A DNA stretch of 64,000 nt from Verrucomicrobiia bacterium. Its GTDB lineage: Bacteria > Verrucomicrobiota > Verrucomicrobiia > Limisphaerales > UBA11358. The DNA lies in the NCBI GenBank assembly GCA_035546095.1, contig DASZXB010000037.1, positions 3,598-67,597 of the forward strand, read 5' to 3'. The notes beneath the pieces are model-generated. The model saw nothing but the letters and a program-made list of their open reading frames with translations. It made no database searches and had not been told where the DNA came from. This document shows positions 17,210 through 25,186 of this stretch, piece by piece. The position numbers and the translations under genes were made by a program. The number at the start of each line of letters is the position of its first letter. Positions within the stretch are counted from its first letter, which is position 1.

Positions 17210-19246
17210 TCAGGTAAAGCCCAGGCGATGCAATGTTTGATAAGCCACCAGCGCTGCGATGTAGGCCAGACCGCTCATGTAGGCGATCTGAAACAGCGGC
17301 CATTTCCACGAATTCGTCTCGCGCCGCACGACGGCGGTCGTCGAAAGACATTGCGCCGCCAGAATGTAAAACACGAGCAGGCTCGCGCACGTCGCCACGC
17401 TGAAAACCGGAGCGCCGTCCGAGCGTGTCGCGCGCCGCAGCGAATCGTAAAGCGAACCGCGATTGTTTTCCGCTGCGTCGCCGCCGACGCCATAGACAAT
17501 GGCCAGCGTCGAAACGATCACCTCACGCGCAGCGAATGAACTGACAATTCCAATTCCAATCTGCCAATCAAAGCCAAGCGGACGAATGGCTGGCTCAATC
17601 GCGCGGCCAATTTTTCCGGCGAAGGAATTTTCTAGGGAATTTTGCTGCGTCAGCCGGTCGGCGTCCGCGCGGATTTCGTCCGCCTTTTGCGCGTCACCGG
17701 ATTTTTCAAATTGCGCGGCTTGTTGCGTCATGGCGATGGCCGCCGCGGGCGGCGCGGATTTGGGATAATACGACAGTGCCCAGAGAATCAGCGAGACGGC
17801 CAGAATGATCGTGCCCGCCTGTTTTACGAAAATTTTCGCGCGGTCGAATGTGTGCAGCAGCGCGACGCGCAACGCGGGAATCCGGTATTGCGGCAGTTCA
17901 ATCATCAGCGGTTTACCGCCGCCGGGCAAAATCGTTTTGCGAAAAACCAGCGCGGCGCCCAGCGCGGCGGCGACGCCCGTCGCGTAAGCGCCGGTGAAAA
18001 TGGCGGCGGCTTTCAGCGGCGAATTGGGAAAAATCAGCGCCGTGACCATCGCATAAACCGGAATCCGCGCCGAACACGTCAGCAGCGGTGTGATCAAAAT
18101 GGTGACGAGCCGGTCGCGCGGATTTTCGATGACGCGCGCGGACATGATGGCAGGAATCGCGCAGGCGTGCGCCGAGAGCATCGGCACAAACGCCTTGCCC
18201 GGCAATCCAAATCGCCGCATGATTTTGTCCATCACAAACGCGGCGCGCGCGAGATAGCCGGTGTCTTCGAGCAGCGAGAGCGCGAAAAACAAAATGCAAA
18301 TCTGTGGCAGAAAAACGAGGATGCCGCCGACGCCGCCGGTGACGCCGTTGACCAGCAAACTTTGCAGATCGCCGGTGGAAATTTTTTCCGCGACCAATCC
18401 GCCAAGCGTGGCGAACAGATGGTCAATCAAATTCATCGGAATTTTCGCCGCCCAAAAAATCAGCGCGAACAGCGAAAGCATGACGAATAAGAAAACGGCG
18501 ACGCCGGCGACCGGATGCGTGAAAATTTTGTCCAATCTGTCCGTCCAAACGGAACGCTTGATGGCGCGCGCATCCAGAACGCGCGTGGAAATTTTTTCCG
18601 TCCAGTCGTAGCGCGCTTGAAACGCGCAGCCGGAACAGCCGGCGCAATTCAGTTTGAAATTGCCCGCCATTTCCGGCGTCGGAATTTTGGCGAGCCGCGT
18701 AATTTCATTTTTCAACTCGGAAACGCCCGAACCGTCGCGCGCGGAAATCGGAACGACGGCGCAGCCGAGTTCGTTCCGCAAGCGGGCAACGTCAATCCGA
18801 ATCTCGTCGCGCCGCGCCATGTCCATCATGTTCAGTGCGACGATGACGGGACGGTTCAATTCGAGAATCTGGCTGACGAGAAATAAATTGCGTTCGAGAT
18901 TGGTCGCGTCCACGACGATGAGCGCGGCATCCGGCGCAAGATTTTCCACGCCGCAGCGCAAGGCGTCGGCGGCGATTTTTTCCTCCGGTGACAAACCATC
19001 CAAACTGTAAAGTCCGGGCAAATCCACGACGACAATCTGTGCACCGCCGATTTGCAAGCGTCCAGTTCTGCGCTCGACGGTCGTGCCGGGAAAATTCGCG
19101 GTTTTTGCGCGCAGGCCGGTGAGCACGTTGAATAATGTGGTTTTGCCCGCATTTGGGTTGCCGACGAGCGCGAGCGTGAATTTTTTTTGCGCGCGCGATT
19201 TCGTTTGCGGTTCAATCACATTATCAGAGTGGTGACAATTGCTCAT
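17210..19246 (-). CDS. feoB: ferrous iron transporter FeoB
   Basis: N-terminal G-domain with GNPNAGKTTLFNVLTG, DLPG and NMMD motifs, followed by a polytopic membrane domain. 678 aa. Confidence 0.95.
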   Translation of the reverse strand: MSNCHHSDNVIEPQTKSRAQKKFTLALVGNPNAGKTTLFNVLTGLRAKTANFPGTTVERRTGRLQIGGAQIVVVDLPGLYSLDGLSPEEKIAADALRCGVENLAPDAALIVVDATNLERNLFLVSQILELNRPVIVALNMMDMARRDEIRIDVARLRNELGCAVVPISARDGSGVSELKNEITRLAKIPTPEMAGNFKLNCAGCSGCAFQARYDWTEKISTRVLDARAIKRSVWTDRLDKIFTHPVAGVAVFLFVMLSLFALIFWAAKIPMNLIDHLFATLGGLVAEKISTGDLQSLLVNGVTGGVGGILVFLPQICILFFALSLLEDTGYLARAAFVMDKIMRRFGLPGKAFVPMLSAHACAIPAIMSARVIENPRDRLVTILITPLLTCSARIPVYAMVTALIFPNSPLKAAAIFTGAYATGVAAALGAALVFRKTILPGGGKPLMIELPQYRIPALRVALLHTFDRAKIFVKQAGTIILAVSLILWALSYYPKSAPPAAAIAMTQQAAQFEKSGDAQKADEIRADADRLTQQNSLENSFAGKIGRAIEPAIRPLGFDWQIGIGIVSSFAAREVIVSTLAIVYGVGGDAAENNRGSLYDSLRRATRSDGAPVFSVATCASLLVFYILAAQCLSTTAVVRRETNSWKWPLFQIAYMSGLAYIAALVAYQTLHRLGFT

Positions 19247-19253
19247 AGCGTTT

Positions 19254-19514
19254 TCAAGTTTGCGCGCAATGTTCCGGCGCGCAGATTTCGACGCGGACGC
19301 GTGCGGCCAGTTCCGCCGAGAGGCCGAGCCGCGAATTGAAAACTTTGAGAATCAGCGGATCCCCGCCGCGCACCAATTCCACGCGGCGACCGGCGCAAAC
19401 GCCGAGCGTTTTCAATCGCTGAATTTCTTCGTCGTCCGTCGCGATGTCGCGGACGATGCCGCAAACGCGTGGCGGCAAATCGTTCAACCGGATGAATGGG
19501 CATGTCGCAGTCAT
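19254..19514 (-). CDS. feoA: FeoA family protein
   Basis: 86 aa SH3-like FeoA pattern (LNDLPPRVCGIVRDI...RLKTLGVCAGRRVELVRGGDPLILKV), located 8 nt upstream of feoB. Confidence 0.85.
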   Translation of the reverse strand: MTATCPFIRLNDLPPRVCGIVRDIATDDEEIQRLKTLGVCAGRRVELVRGGDPLILKVFNSRLGLSAELAARVRVEICAPEHCAQT

Positions 19515-19619
19515 TTTTTAATCAAGTCTGGCAAATCGGCGGATCCTCCGCTGTTGTTCGATTGCCAAAAGCCAGCCTCAAATTGCTCCTCCAAATTAGC
19601 GGTAAATTCGACGATTTCT

Positions 19620-19633
19620 TTGATTTGAGTCAA
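19620..19633. promoter_or_regulatory. FNR/Dnr-type operator TTGAT-N4-GTCAA
   Basis: TTGATTTGAGTCAA. A -10-like TAATTT (minus strand, 19593-19598) sits ~28.5 nt from the box centre and faces feoA. On the + side only a poorly spaced TACAAC (19662-19667) is present. Confidence 0.5.
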
Positions 19634-19709
19634 AACCTTGGCGCGGCGCTTGTGTCAGATTTACAACATGAGCGAAAATCTTCTGATTGATTTGACGTGG
19701 CAAAAAATT

Positions 19710-19838
19710 AACCACGGATGGACGCAGATGAGCACGGATTTTCAAGATGCAAATTTCACAAACCAGCATGGATTTAACCGGCGAAAAGTGAGCCTCCATT
19801 TGCTTTTTATCCGTGTCAGTCCGTGTTCATCCGTGGTT
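19710..19838. repeat. 129 nt CACGGAT-unit palindromic element
   Basis: AACCACGGATGGACGCAGATGAGCACGGAT ... ATCCGTGTCAGTCCGTGTTCATCCGTGGTT. Each arm has three ~10 nt-phased CRCNGAT units. The element ends 18 nt upstream of ATG 19856 and is followed by TTTCAATTCTTTTTT. Confidence 0.75.
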
Positions 19839-19855
19839 TCAATTCTTTTTTAATT

Positions 19856-20380
19856 ATGCCTGAAAAAATTGTGACCCTTGACGTTCGTGAAGACATTCGC
19901 AACGGGCGCGAACCGTTTTCAAAAATCATGTCCGCCGTCGCGGAATTGCACGCGGACGAAAATCTTTTACTGCTCGCGCCGTTTGAACCGAAGCCGCTGT
20001 TCGGCCTTTTGACTCGGCAAGGTTTTAATCATTTGGCGCGTGAAATGGAAAACGGCGATTGGGAAATTTTGTTTAGTAGGAGTCGAGGTGACGAAGCTCT
20101 GATTGAAAAACCGGAAATCCCAAAGCCAAAAACAGATCAGAGCCTCCTTACGTCGGCTCCTACAAAAATGATTGAAGTGGACGCGCGGGGACTCGAACCG
20201 CCGCAGCCGATGGTGAAAATTCTCGAAACGCTCGCGTCGCTGCCCCACGGCGCGGCCTTGCGCGCCCGCACCGACCGCCGCCCGATGCACCTTTACGCGC
20301 AACTCGAAGCACGCGGCTTCACTGGCCAAACCGAGGAACAAAACGATGGAAGTTTCCTTACCATTATCAAATCGCGTTGA
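19856..20380 (+). CDS. tandem DUF2249 domain protein (two domains joined by a repeat-encoded linker)
   Basis: Domain 1 is LDVREDIRNGREPFSKIMSAV...LLLLAPFEPKPLFGLL...GDWEILFSRS. Domain 2 is MIEVDARGLEPPQPMVKILETL...LRARTDRRPMHLYAQLEARGF. Both match the single-domain DUF2249 genes at 22099 and 28156. Confidence 0.8.
   Translation: MPEKIVTLDVREDIRNGREPFSKIMSAVAELHADENLLLLAPFEPKPLFGLLTRQGFNHLAREMENGDWEILFSRSRGDEALIEKPEIPKPKTDQSLLTSAPTKMIEVDARGLEPPQPMVKILETLASLPHGAALRARTDRRPMHLYAQLEARGFTGQTEEQNDGSFLTIIKSR
20076..20163. repeat. 88 nt palindromic element inside a CDS
   Basis: GTAGGAGTCGAGGTGACGAAGCTCTGAT [32 nt] ATCAGAGCCTCCTTACGTCGGCTCCTAC. 23 of 28 positions are complementary, or 25 of 28 with G-U pairs. 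One arm recurs at 38611-38631. Confidence 0.8.
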
Positions 20381-21746
20381 ACCGTCGAAGCGCGAAGCGT
20401 TGAAACCGAAAAATAATTCACCGGTTCAACCCTTCAATATTTCAACGGCGTCCATCGCCTTGCCGCTTTCATTCATCCTCGCCGGATTGCTCGCGCTTTT
20501 TACCGGCGCAAGCTGGCTCGTCCTCCAGCCGGAAATTTTAGCGGCTTATCATTACAACGCAAATGCCATCGCCGCGACACATTTGTTCGCGCTAGGCTGG
20601 CTGTGCAGCGTGGTCATGGGCGCGATGTATCAACTCGTGCCGGTCGCGCTGGAAACAAAATTGTTCAGCGAACGGCTCGCGAAAATTCAGTTCGTCTTTC
20701 ACATCGTTGGCTTCGTCGGAATGGTTTTGGCGTTTCGCGTTTGGAATATGAAATTCGTCGCCGCCTTCGGCTCAATTTTTGCCATCGGCGTCGCCTTGTT
20801 CATTTACAACGTCGCACGAACGCTGTTGCGAATTCCGAAATGGAACGTCATCGCCGCCGCCGTCGCGTCCGCGCTTGGCTGGATTTTGCTCACCGTCAGC
20901 GCCGGGCTTTTGATTGCGTCCGCAAAGACCGGCCACGCGAATTTCATGTTCCATTTCAATCCCATCGGCGCGATGCACGCGCACGCGCATTTGGGCACGC
21001 TGGGATTTTTCATCATGCTTATCGTCGGCGTATCTTACAAATTGATTCCGATGTTCACGTTGAGCGAAATTCAAAATCATCGCCGCGCGCTGGTATCCGT
21101 AATTTTGCTCAATGTCGGACTCGCCGGTTCGTTTGTTTCCATTTTGCTGCAACTCGTGGTCAAACCGCTGTTCGCGCTCATCATTGTCGCCGCGTTCGTG
21201 ATTTATGGCCGGGAAATGACGGCGATTTTGCGCGCGCGAAAACGCCGCGCGCTCGATTGGGGCGTAAGATATTTTTTGACGGCCATCGCGTTGCTCGCGC
21301 CGCTTTCAATTCTCGCGCTCATTTTGTCGTGGCCGAAACTGCCGCTGAATCCGTTCACCGGCCAGCTTGAAAATGTTTATGGCTTCGTCGCTTTTGTTGG
21401 CGTCATCTCGTTCGCGGTCATCGGGATGCTTTACAAAATCATCCCCTTTCTGGTGTGGTTTGGCATTTACAGCAAACACATTGGCTGCACGCAAGTGCCA
21501 GCGCTGGCGGAAATGGTTTCGGAAAAATTGCAAAGGCTCGGCTACGGGATTTTTCTCACGGCGCTGGCCGTGACCATTTTTGGAATTTTATTTTCAAACG
21601 CAATGGCCGTGCGAATTGGCAGCGCGTTTTTCGCTGCAAGTCTGACGACGCTTGCGCTCAATGTTGGAAAAATTCTGTCGCATTATTTTCAACCGAAACT
21701 TGCGCCGCTGGCCGCGCCAAAAAATTATGACCGGAACAAAAATTGA
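20346..21746 (+). CDS. 12-TM His-bearing membrane protein with internal 3x4-helix repeat (heme-copper-oxidase-subunit-I-like or NnrS-like architecture; family unassigned)
   Basis: 466 aa with about 12 hydrophobic helices. The motif G-x2-Y-x-[LI]-[VI]-P recurs in helices 2, 6 and 10 (THLFALGWLCSVVMGAMYQLVP; HAHAHLGTLGFFIMLIVGVSYKLIP; VYGFVAFVGVISFAVIGMLYKIIP). It overlaps the neighbouring genes by 35 and 20 nt. Confidence 0.8.
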   Translation: MEVSLPLSNRVEPSKREALKPKNNSPVQPFNISTASIALPLSFILAGLLALFTGASWLVLQPEILAAYHYNANAIAATHLFALGWLCSVVMGAMYQLVPVALETKLFSERLAKIQFVFHIVGFVGMVLAFRVWNMKFVAAFGSIFAIGVALFIYNVARTLLRIPKWNVIAAAVASALGWILLTVSAGLLIASAKTGHANFMFHFNPIGAMHAHAHLGTLGFFIMLIVGVSYKLIPMFTLSEIQNHRRALVSVILLNVGLAGSFVSILLQLVVKPLFALIIVAAFVIYGREMTAILRARKRRALDWGVRYFLTAIALLAPLSILALILSWPKLPLNPFTGQLENVYGFVAFVGVISFAVIGMLYKIIPFLVWFGIYSKHIGCTQVPALAEMVSEKLQRLGYGIFLTALAVTIFGILFSNAMAVRIGSAFFAASLTTLALNVGKILSHYFQPKLAPLAAPKNYDRNKN

Positions 21747-22044
21747 CGAAGCCGCCGTTCTCGAAACGCTGCACCAAATCATTGACCCGGAAATCGGTGT
21801 CAATATCGTTGACCTCGGTTTGATTTACGGCGTGGGCATCGCGGACGGAATGGTGCGCGTGAAAATGACGTTGACCACGCCCGGCTGCCCGATGCACGAC
21901 AGCATTTCTTGGGGCGTCAAAAACGCGCTGCTCCAGCTCGAAGGCGTCGACGACGCGGAAGTGGAAATTGTCTTCGATCCGCCGTGGCATCCGTCATTGA
22001 TGAGCGAACAGGCGCGCATCGCCTTGCGCGTCGGAAATTTTTAA
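21727..22044 (+). CDS. DUF59 / metal-sulfur cluster assembly factor (MIP18/SufT-like)
   Basis: LHQIIDPEIGVNIVDLGLIYGV...VKMTLTTPGCPMHD...VEIVFDPPWHPSLMSEQAR is the canonical DUF59 pattern. Confidence 0.85.
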   Translation: MTGTKIDEAAVLETLHQIIDPEIGVNIVDLGLIYGVGIADGMVRVKMTLTTPGCPMHDSISWGVKNALLQLEGVDDAEVEIVFDPPWHPSLMSEQARIALRVGNF

Positions 22045-22098
22045 CCAAAACAAAACATAAAAAACACAAACCAAAATCAAATTCCCGCCGACAAAATC

Positions 22099-22362
22099 AT
22101 GGATGTTCGTCCGATTCCGTGTTCCATCAAACATGGCCAGATCATCCAAAAATGGCTCGACCTCGCCGTCGGCGATTATTTCGTGCTACTCAACGACCAC
22201 GACCCGGTGCCACTGTATTATCAATTCGCCGCCGAATGGCCGCAGGCGTTTTCGTGGGAACATTTTAAACGCGGGCCGGATGAATTTCTCGTGAAAGTCA
22301 CGAAACAAAAATCGCCCGCAAAAAAGGCCGAAGCAGAAGCCGCCGGTTGCGGCAGCCATTGA
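22099..22362 (+). CDS. DUF2249 domain protein
   Basis: 87 aa: MDVRPIPCSIKHGQIIQKWLDLAVGDYFVLLNDHDPVPLYYQFAAEWPQAFSWEHF. Confidence 0.75.
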   Translation: MDVRPIPCSIKHGQIIQKWLDLAVGDYFVLLNDHDPVPLYYQFAAEWPQAFSWEHFKRGPDEFLVKVTKQKSPAKKAEAEAAGCGSH

Positions 22363-22363
22363 A

Positions 22364-23176
22364 ATGAAAACGGCAGCGACCGCTTTCAGGACTGTTTCCG
22401 CGCGCAAAATCATCAAATTGATTTTGCCGAAAGAACACGGAAGTTGGTCGCTCGCGCTGGAGCCGGTTATGCTCGGATTGCTGGTTGCGCCGTCGGCAGC
22501 GGGCAGCGCGCTGGCCGTCGCCGCGCTCGCGGGATTTTTTTTGCGGCGACCGCTGAAATCATTGTTTTGCGAACCATCCGCCGCGCATCGTCAATGGATG
22601 ATTTTCTGCGTGGTCGTTTTAATCATCGTTGCAATTGCCGGCTTGTGGGCGGCGGCGAAATTCGTCGGCGCGGAAAATCTCTGGCCGTTGATTCCAGCGG
22701 CGCTGGCCGGACTCGCGTTTGCATGGTTCGATTCGCGGAACGAAGCACGCGCGGAAGCGGCGGAACTGGCGGGCGCGATTGCATTTGGCATCCTGCCGGC
22801 GGCGTTCGGCGCACTCGCAGGCTGGAGCGCAATGGCATCGGTCGCGCTGGCTTTGGTGATGTTGGTTCGTTCCGTGCCGACGGTGATGTTCGTGCGGACT
22901 TACATGCGACTGAAAAAAGGTCGAACGACGACGCGCGTTCCTGCGTTAATTGCCGCCGGCGCGGGATTGCTGCTTACGATTGCCCTCGTCCTCACCCGGC
23001 TCGCGCCGTGGGCTGCGGCGATGTTTGCATTTTTGATTGCTGTGCTGACTTTTGGTTTGCTCGGCGACCATCGTCCTCGACTTGCCGCCAAAACAGTTGG
23101 GCTGATTGAAATGACTTTGGGCGCGACGATGGTTTTGACTTTGGCCGTCGCGTGGAAATTTTTTCAACAGCAATAA
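22364..23176 (+). CDS. YwiC-like family membrane protein
   Basis: N-terminal LPKEHGSWSLALEPVMLGLLVAP signature, followed by about 8 TMs. It begins 1 nt after the preceding stop codon. Confidence 0.8.
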   Translation: MKTAATAFRTVSARKIIKLILPKEHGSWSLALEPVMLGLLVAPSAAGSALAVAALAGFFLRRPLKSLFCEPSAAHRQWMIFCVVVLIIVAIAGLWAAAKFVGAENLWPLIPAALAGLAFAWFDSRNEARAEAAELAGAIAFGILPAAFGALAGWSAMASVALALVMLVRSVPTVMFVRTYMRLKKGRTTTRVPALIAAGAGLLLTIALVLTRLAPWAAAMFAFLIAVLTFGLLGDHRPRLAAKTVGLIEMTLGATMVLTLAVAWKFFQQQ

Positions 23177-23234
23177 GACGTTTAATATATAAGTAAAACT
23201 TAATAATTCAATAATTGATAAATAGTTAAACTTA

Positions 23235-23248
23235 TTGACTTGGGTCAA
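23235..23248. promoter_or_regulatory. FNR/Dnr-type operator TTGAC-N4-GTCAA with class II -10
   Basis: TTGACTTGGGTCAA. GATAAT at 23271-23276 lies 29.5 nt from the box centre, and ATG 23304 follows. The box and its flank match the 16552 site at 18 of 19 positions. Confidence 0.7.
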
Positions 23249-23303
23249 ATCTTCTTTCCGGCAGTCATCCGATAATTCTACTGCAATTAAAAAAATTGTG
23301 GTT

Positions 23304-23738
23304 ATGAACAACGACATCCTGTCATCGGACAAAGCGGAAACCCCCGGGCCATCGCCGCAAACCCCCGCCGTTGTTTATGCCTGCTCCGGCTGCTCGGACG
23401 CGGGTGAAATCGCCGATCGCGTTGCGCGGCAACTCACGCGCGAAGGCGCAGCGCAAATGTCCTGTCTCGCCGGAATCGGCGGGCGCGTGAAAAGCCTCGT
23501 CGTCAAGGCCGAAAAAGCCGAGCGCATTTTGGTCGTGGACGGTTGTCCGCTGAATTGCGCGGCGCACACGCTTCGGCTCGCGGGCTTTGAAAAATTCGAG
23601 CATCTCGAATTGCACAAAATCGGCATCCGCAAAGGCGCGTGCCCGGCGACGGATGAAAAAATTTCCGCCGGTGTCGCGGCGGCTAAAGGAATTCTTTCGC
23701 GCGAACAAACCATCAATGAAATCTGCCCTGAAATATGA
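23304..23738 (+). CDS. DGC-domain putative zinc-binding protein
   Basis: VVYACSGCSDAGEIADRVAR...ILVVDGCPLNCA carries the Cys pattern and DGC motif of the DGC domain family. Confidence 0.8.
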   Translation: MNNDILSSDKAETPGPSPQTPAVVYACSGCSDAGEIADRVARQLTREGAAQMSCLAGIGGRVKSLVVKAEKAERILVVDGCPLNCAAHTLRLAGFEKFEHLELHKIGIRKGACPATDEKISAGVAAAKGILSREQTINEICPEI

Positions 23739-25156
23739 AAAATAATTGCAACCGTAAAAAAATTCTTACCGGCGCACTCGCGTTAAGCGCCGCCGCCGCG
23801 TTGGCGCAACAAAAACCGTTCACGCAAGCGGGCACGGCCCAACCGCCGACATTGCCGCCGTTGCAGACCACGAACGCACCCGCCGCGGCAACGGGCGTGA
23901 GCACAAATGCGCCACTATTCAACAATTCGTTTGATAAATTTTTCAACGGCGAAATTCCCAGCGCCATCGCCAAAGGAAAATTTAATTTGGATGCGCGGCT
24001 TCGCTACGAGCAAGCGGATGAAGAGGGCGTTTCCGGCGTCACAAAAAATTCCTACGCGCCAACGTTGCGCACGATGTTCGGCTACACGACCGCGCCGCTT
24101 TACGGATTTCAGGGAATGCTTGAAGGCTTGAATGTCACGGCGTTCGGCGGGCAAAATAATTACAACGCCGCCGGTTCAAATGGCCAAGGCCGACGGCCGG
24201 TTGTGGCCGATCCGCCGTTGACGCGGCTCGATCAAGCGTGGTTGGGCTGGAATTACACGAACTATTTTTTCATCAAGGGCGGCGAGCAACGCATCAATCT
24301 GGACAATCAACGTTTCGTCGGCGATTCCAATTGGCGTCAGAACATTCAGACGTTTGATGCTGTCAGTCTCGGCAGCGAGCCTCTTCCCGGATTGAATTTT
24401 TATTACGCCTACCTTTGGGATGTTCATCGCGTTTTCGGAAACGTGAGCGGATTGCCCGCGGCGAACACGGATTTTGATTCGCGCTCGCATTTGATCAACA
24501 TCTCGTATTCCGGCTGGAAATACGGCACGTTCACCGGCTACAGCTATTTGCTCGACTTGCGCAATTTGGCCGGCGACGCCAATTCCTGCGAAACGTTCGG
24601 TGGCACTTTCGCTGGCAACGCGCCTATCACCGATAAAATCGCCGCCGATTATCGCGCGGAATTTGCGTATCAAAAAAATTGGGCCGATAGCCCGCTGCGT
24701 TACGACGCGACGTATTACAATCTCGAAGGCGGCTTGAACATCAAACCCATTGCGTTCGGCGGCGGCTACGAAGCCCTCGGCAGCGGCGCAAATTCCGGCA
24801 CGGGCGGCGGGCGCGCATCATTTCGCACGCCGCTGGCCACGCTTCACGCGTTCAACGGCTGGGATGATGTTTTTCTGACGACACCCGCGAATGGCCTCGA
24901 CGATTTATACAGCTACTTTCAAGTCACTTTGCCCGCGCAAATTCCCGTGCGGTTTGTGTTTCATAAATTCGACGCGGATTCCGGCGACGGCGATTACGGC
25001 AACGAGTTTGACGTCATGGCGTCCAAAAAATTCGGCAAGCACTGGAGCGCGCTGGTCAAATACGCCTATTTCCGGGGACAAGACGCGGCCGCGCCGTCCA
25101 TCGCCGGCAATGTGGACATCCAAAAATTCTGGGCGCAGGTGGAATTTACTTTTTGA
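23735..25156 (+). CDS. outer-membrane beta-barrel porin (alginate-export-family-like)
   Basis: Signal peptide, an LDARLRYEQADEEG-type opening strand, alternating amphipathic strands and a C-terminal aromatic residue (VEFTF). It has an ATGA overlap with the DGC gene. Confidence 0.65.
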   Translation: MKNNCNRKKILTGALALSAAAALAQQKPFTQAGTAQPPTLPPLQTTNAPAAATGVSTNAPLFNNSFDKFFNGEIPSAIAKGKFNLDARLRYEQADEEGVSGVTKNSYAPTLRTMFGYTTAPLYGFQGMLEGLNVTAFGGQNNYNAAGSNGQGRRPVVADPPLTRLDQAWLGWNYTNYFFIKGGEQRINLDNQRFVGDSNWRQNIQTFDAVSLGSEPLPGLNFYYAYLWDVHRVFGNVSGLPAANTDFDSRSHLINISYSGWKYGTFTGYSYLLDLRNLAGDANSCETFGGTFAGNAPITDKIAADYRAEFAYQKNWADSPLRYDATYYNLEGGLNIKPIAFGGGYEALGSGANSGTGGGRASFRTPLATLHAFNGWDDVFLTTPANGLDDLYSYFQVTLPAQIPVRFVFHKFDADSGDGDYGNEFDVMASKKFGKHWSALVKYAYFRGQDAAAPSIAGNVDIQKFWAQVEFTF

Positions 25157-25186
25157 ACCGGCAAAAAATTGAACCAAGAAAAATAT

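Noticed and set aside
16527-17390. 287 aa minus-strand ORF spanning the AhpD-like gene and the feoB 3' end.
   Set aside because: It overlaps two motif-supported genes and the intergenic spacer, and no family is recognisable.
19683-19700. Second FNR-like half-site, TTGATTTGACGTGG, in the feoA/DUF2249 spacer.
   Set aside because: Only one half-site matches TTGAT and the partner half (CGTGG) does not, so it is not called.
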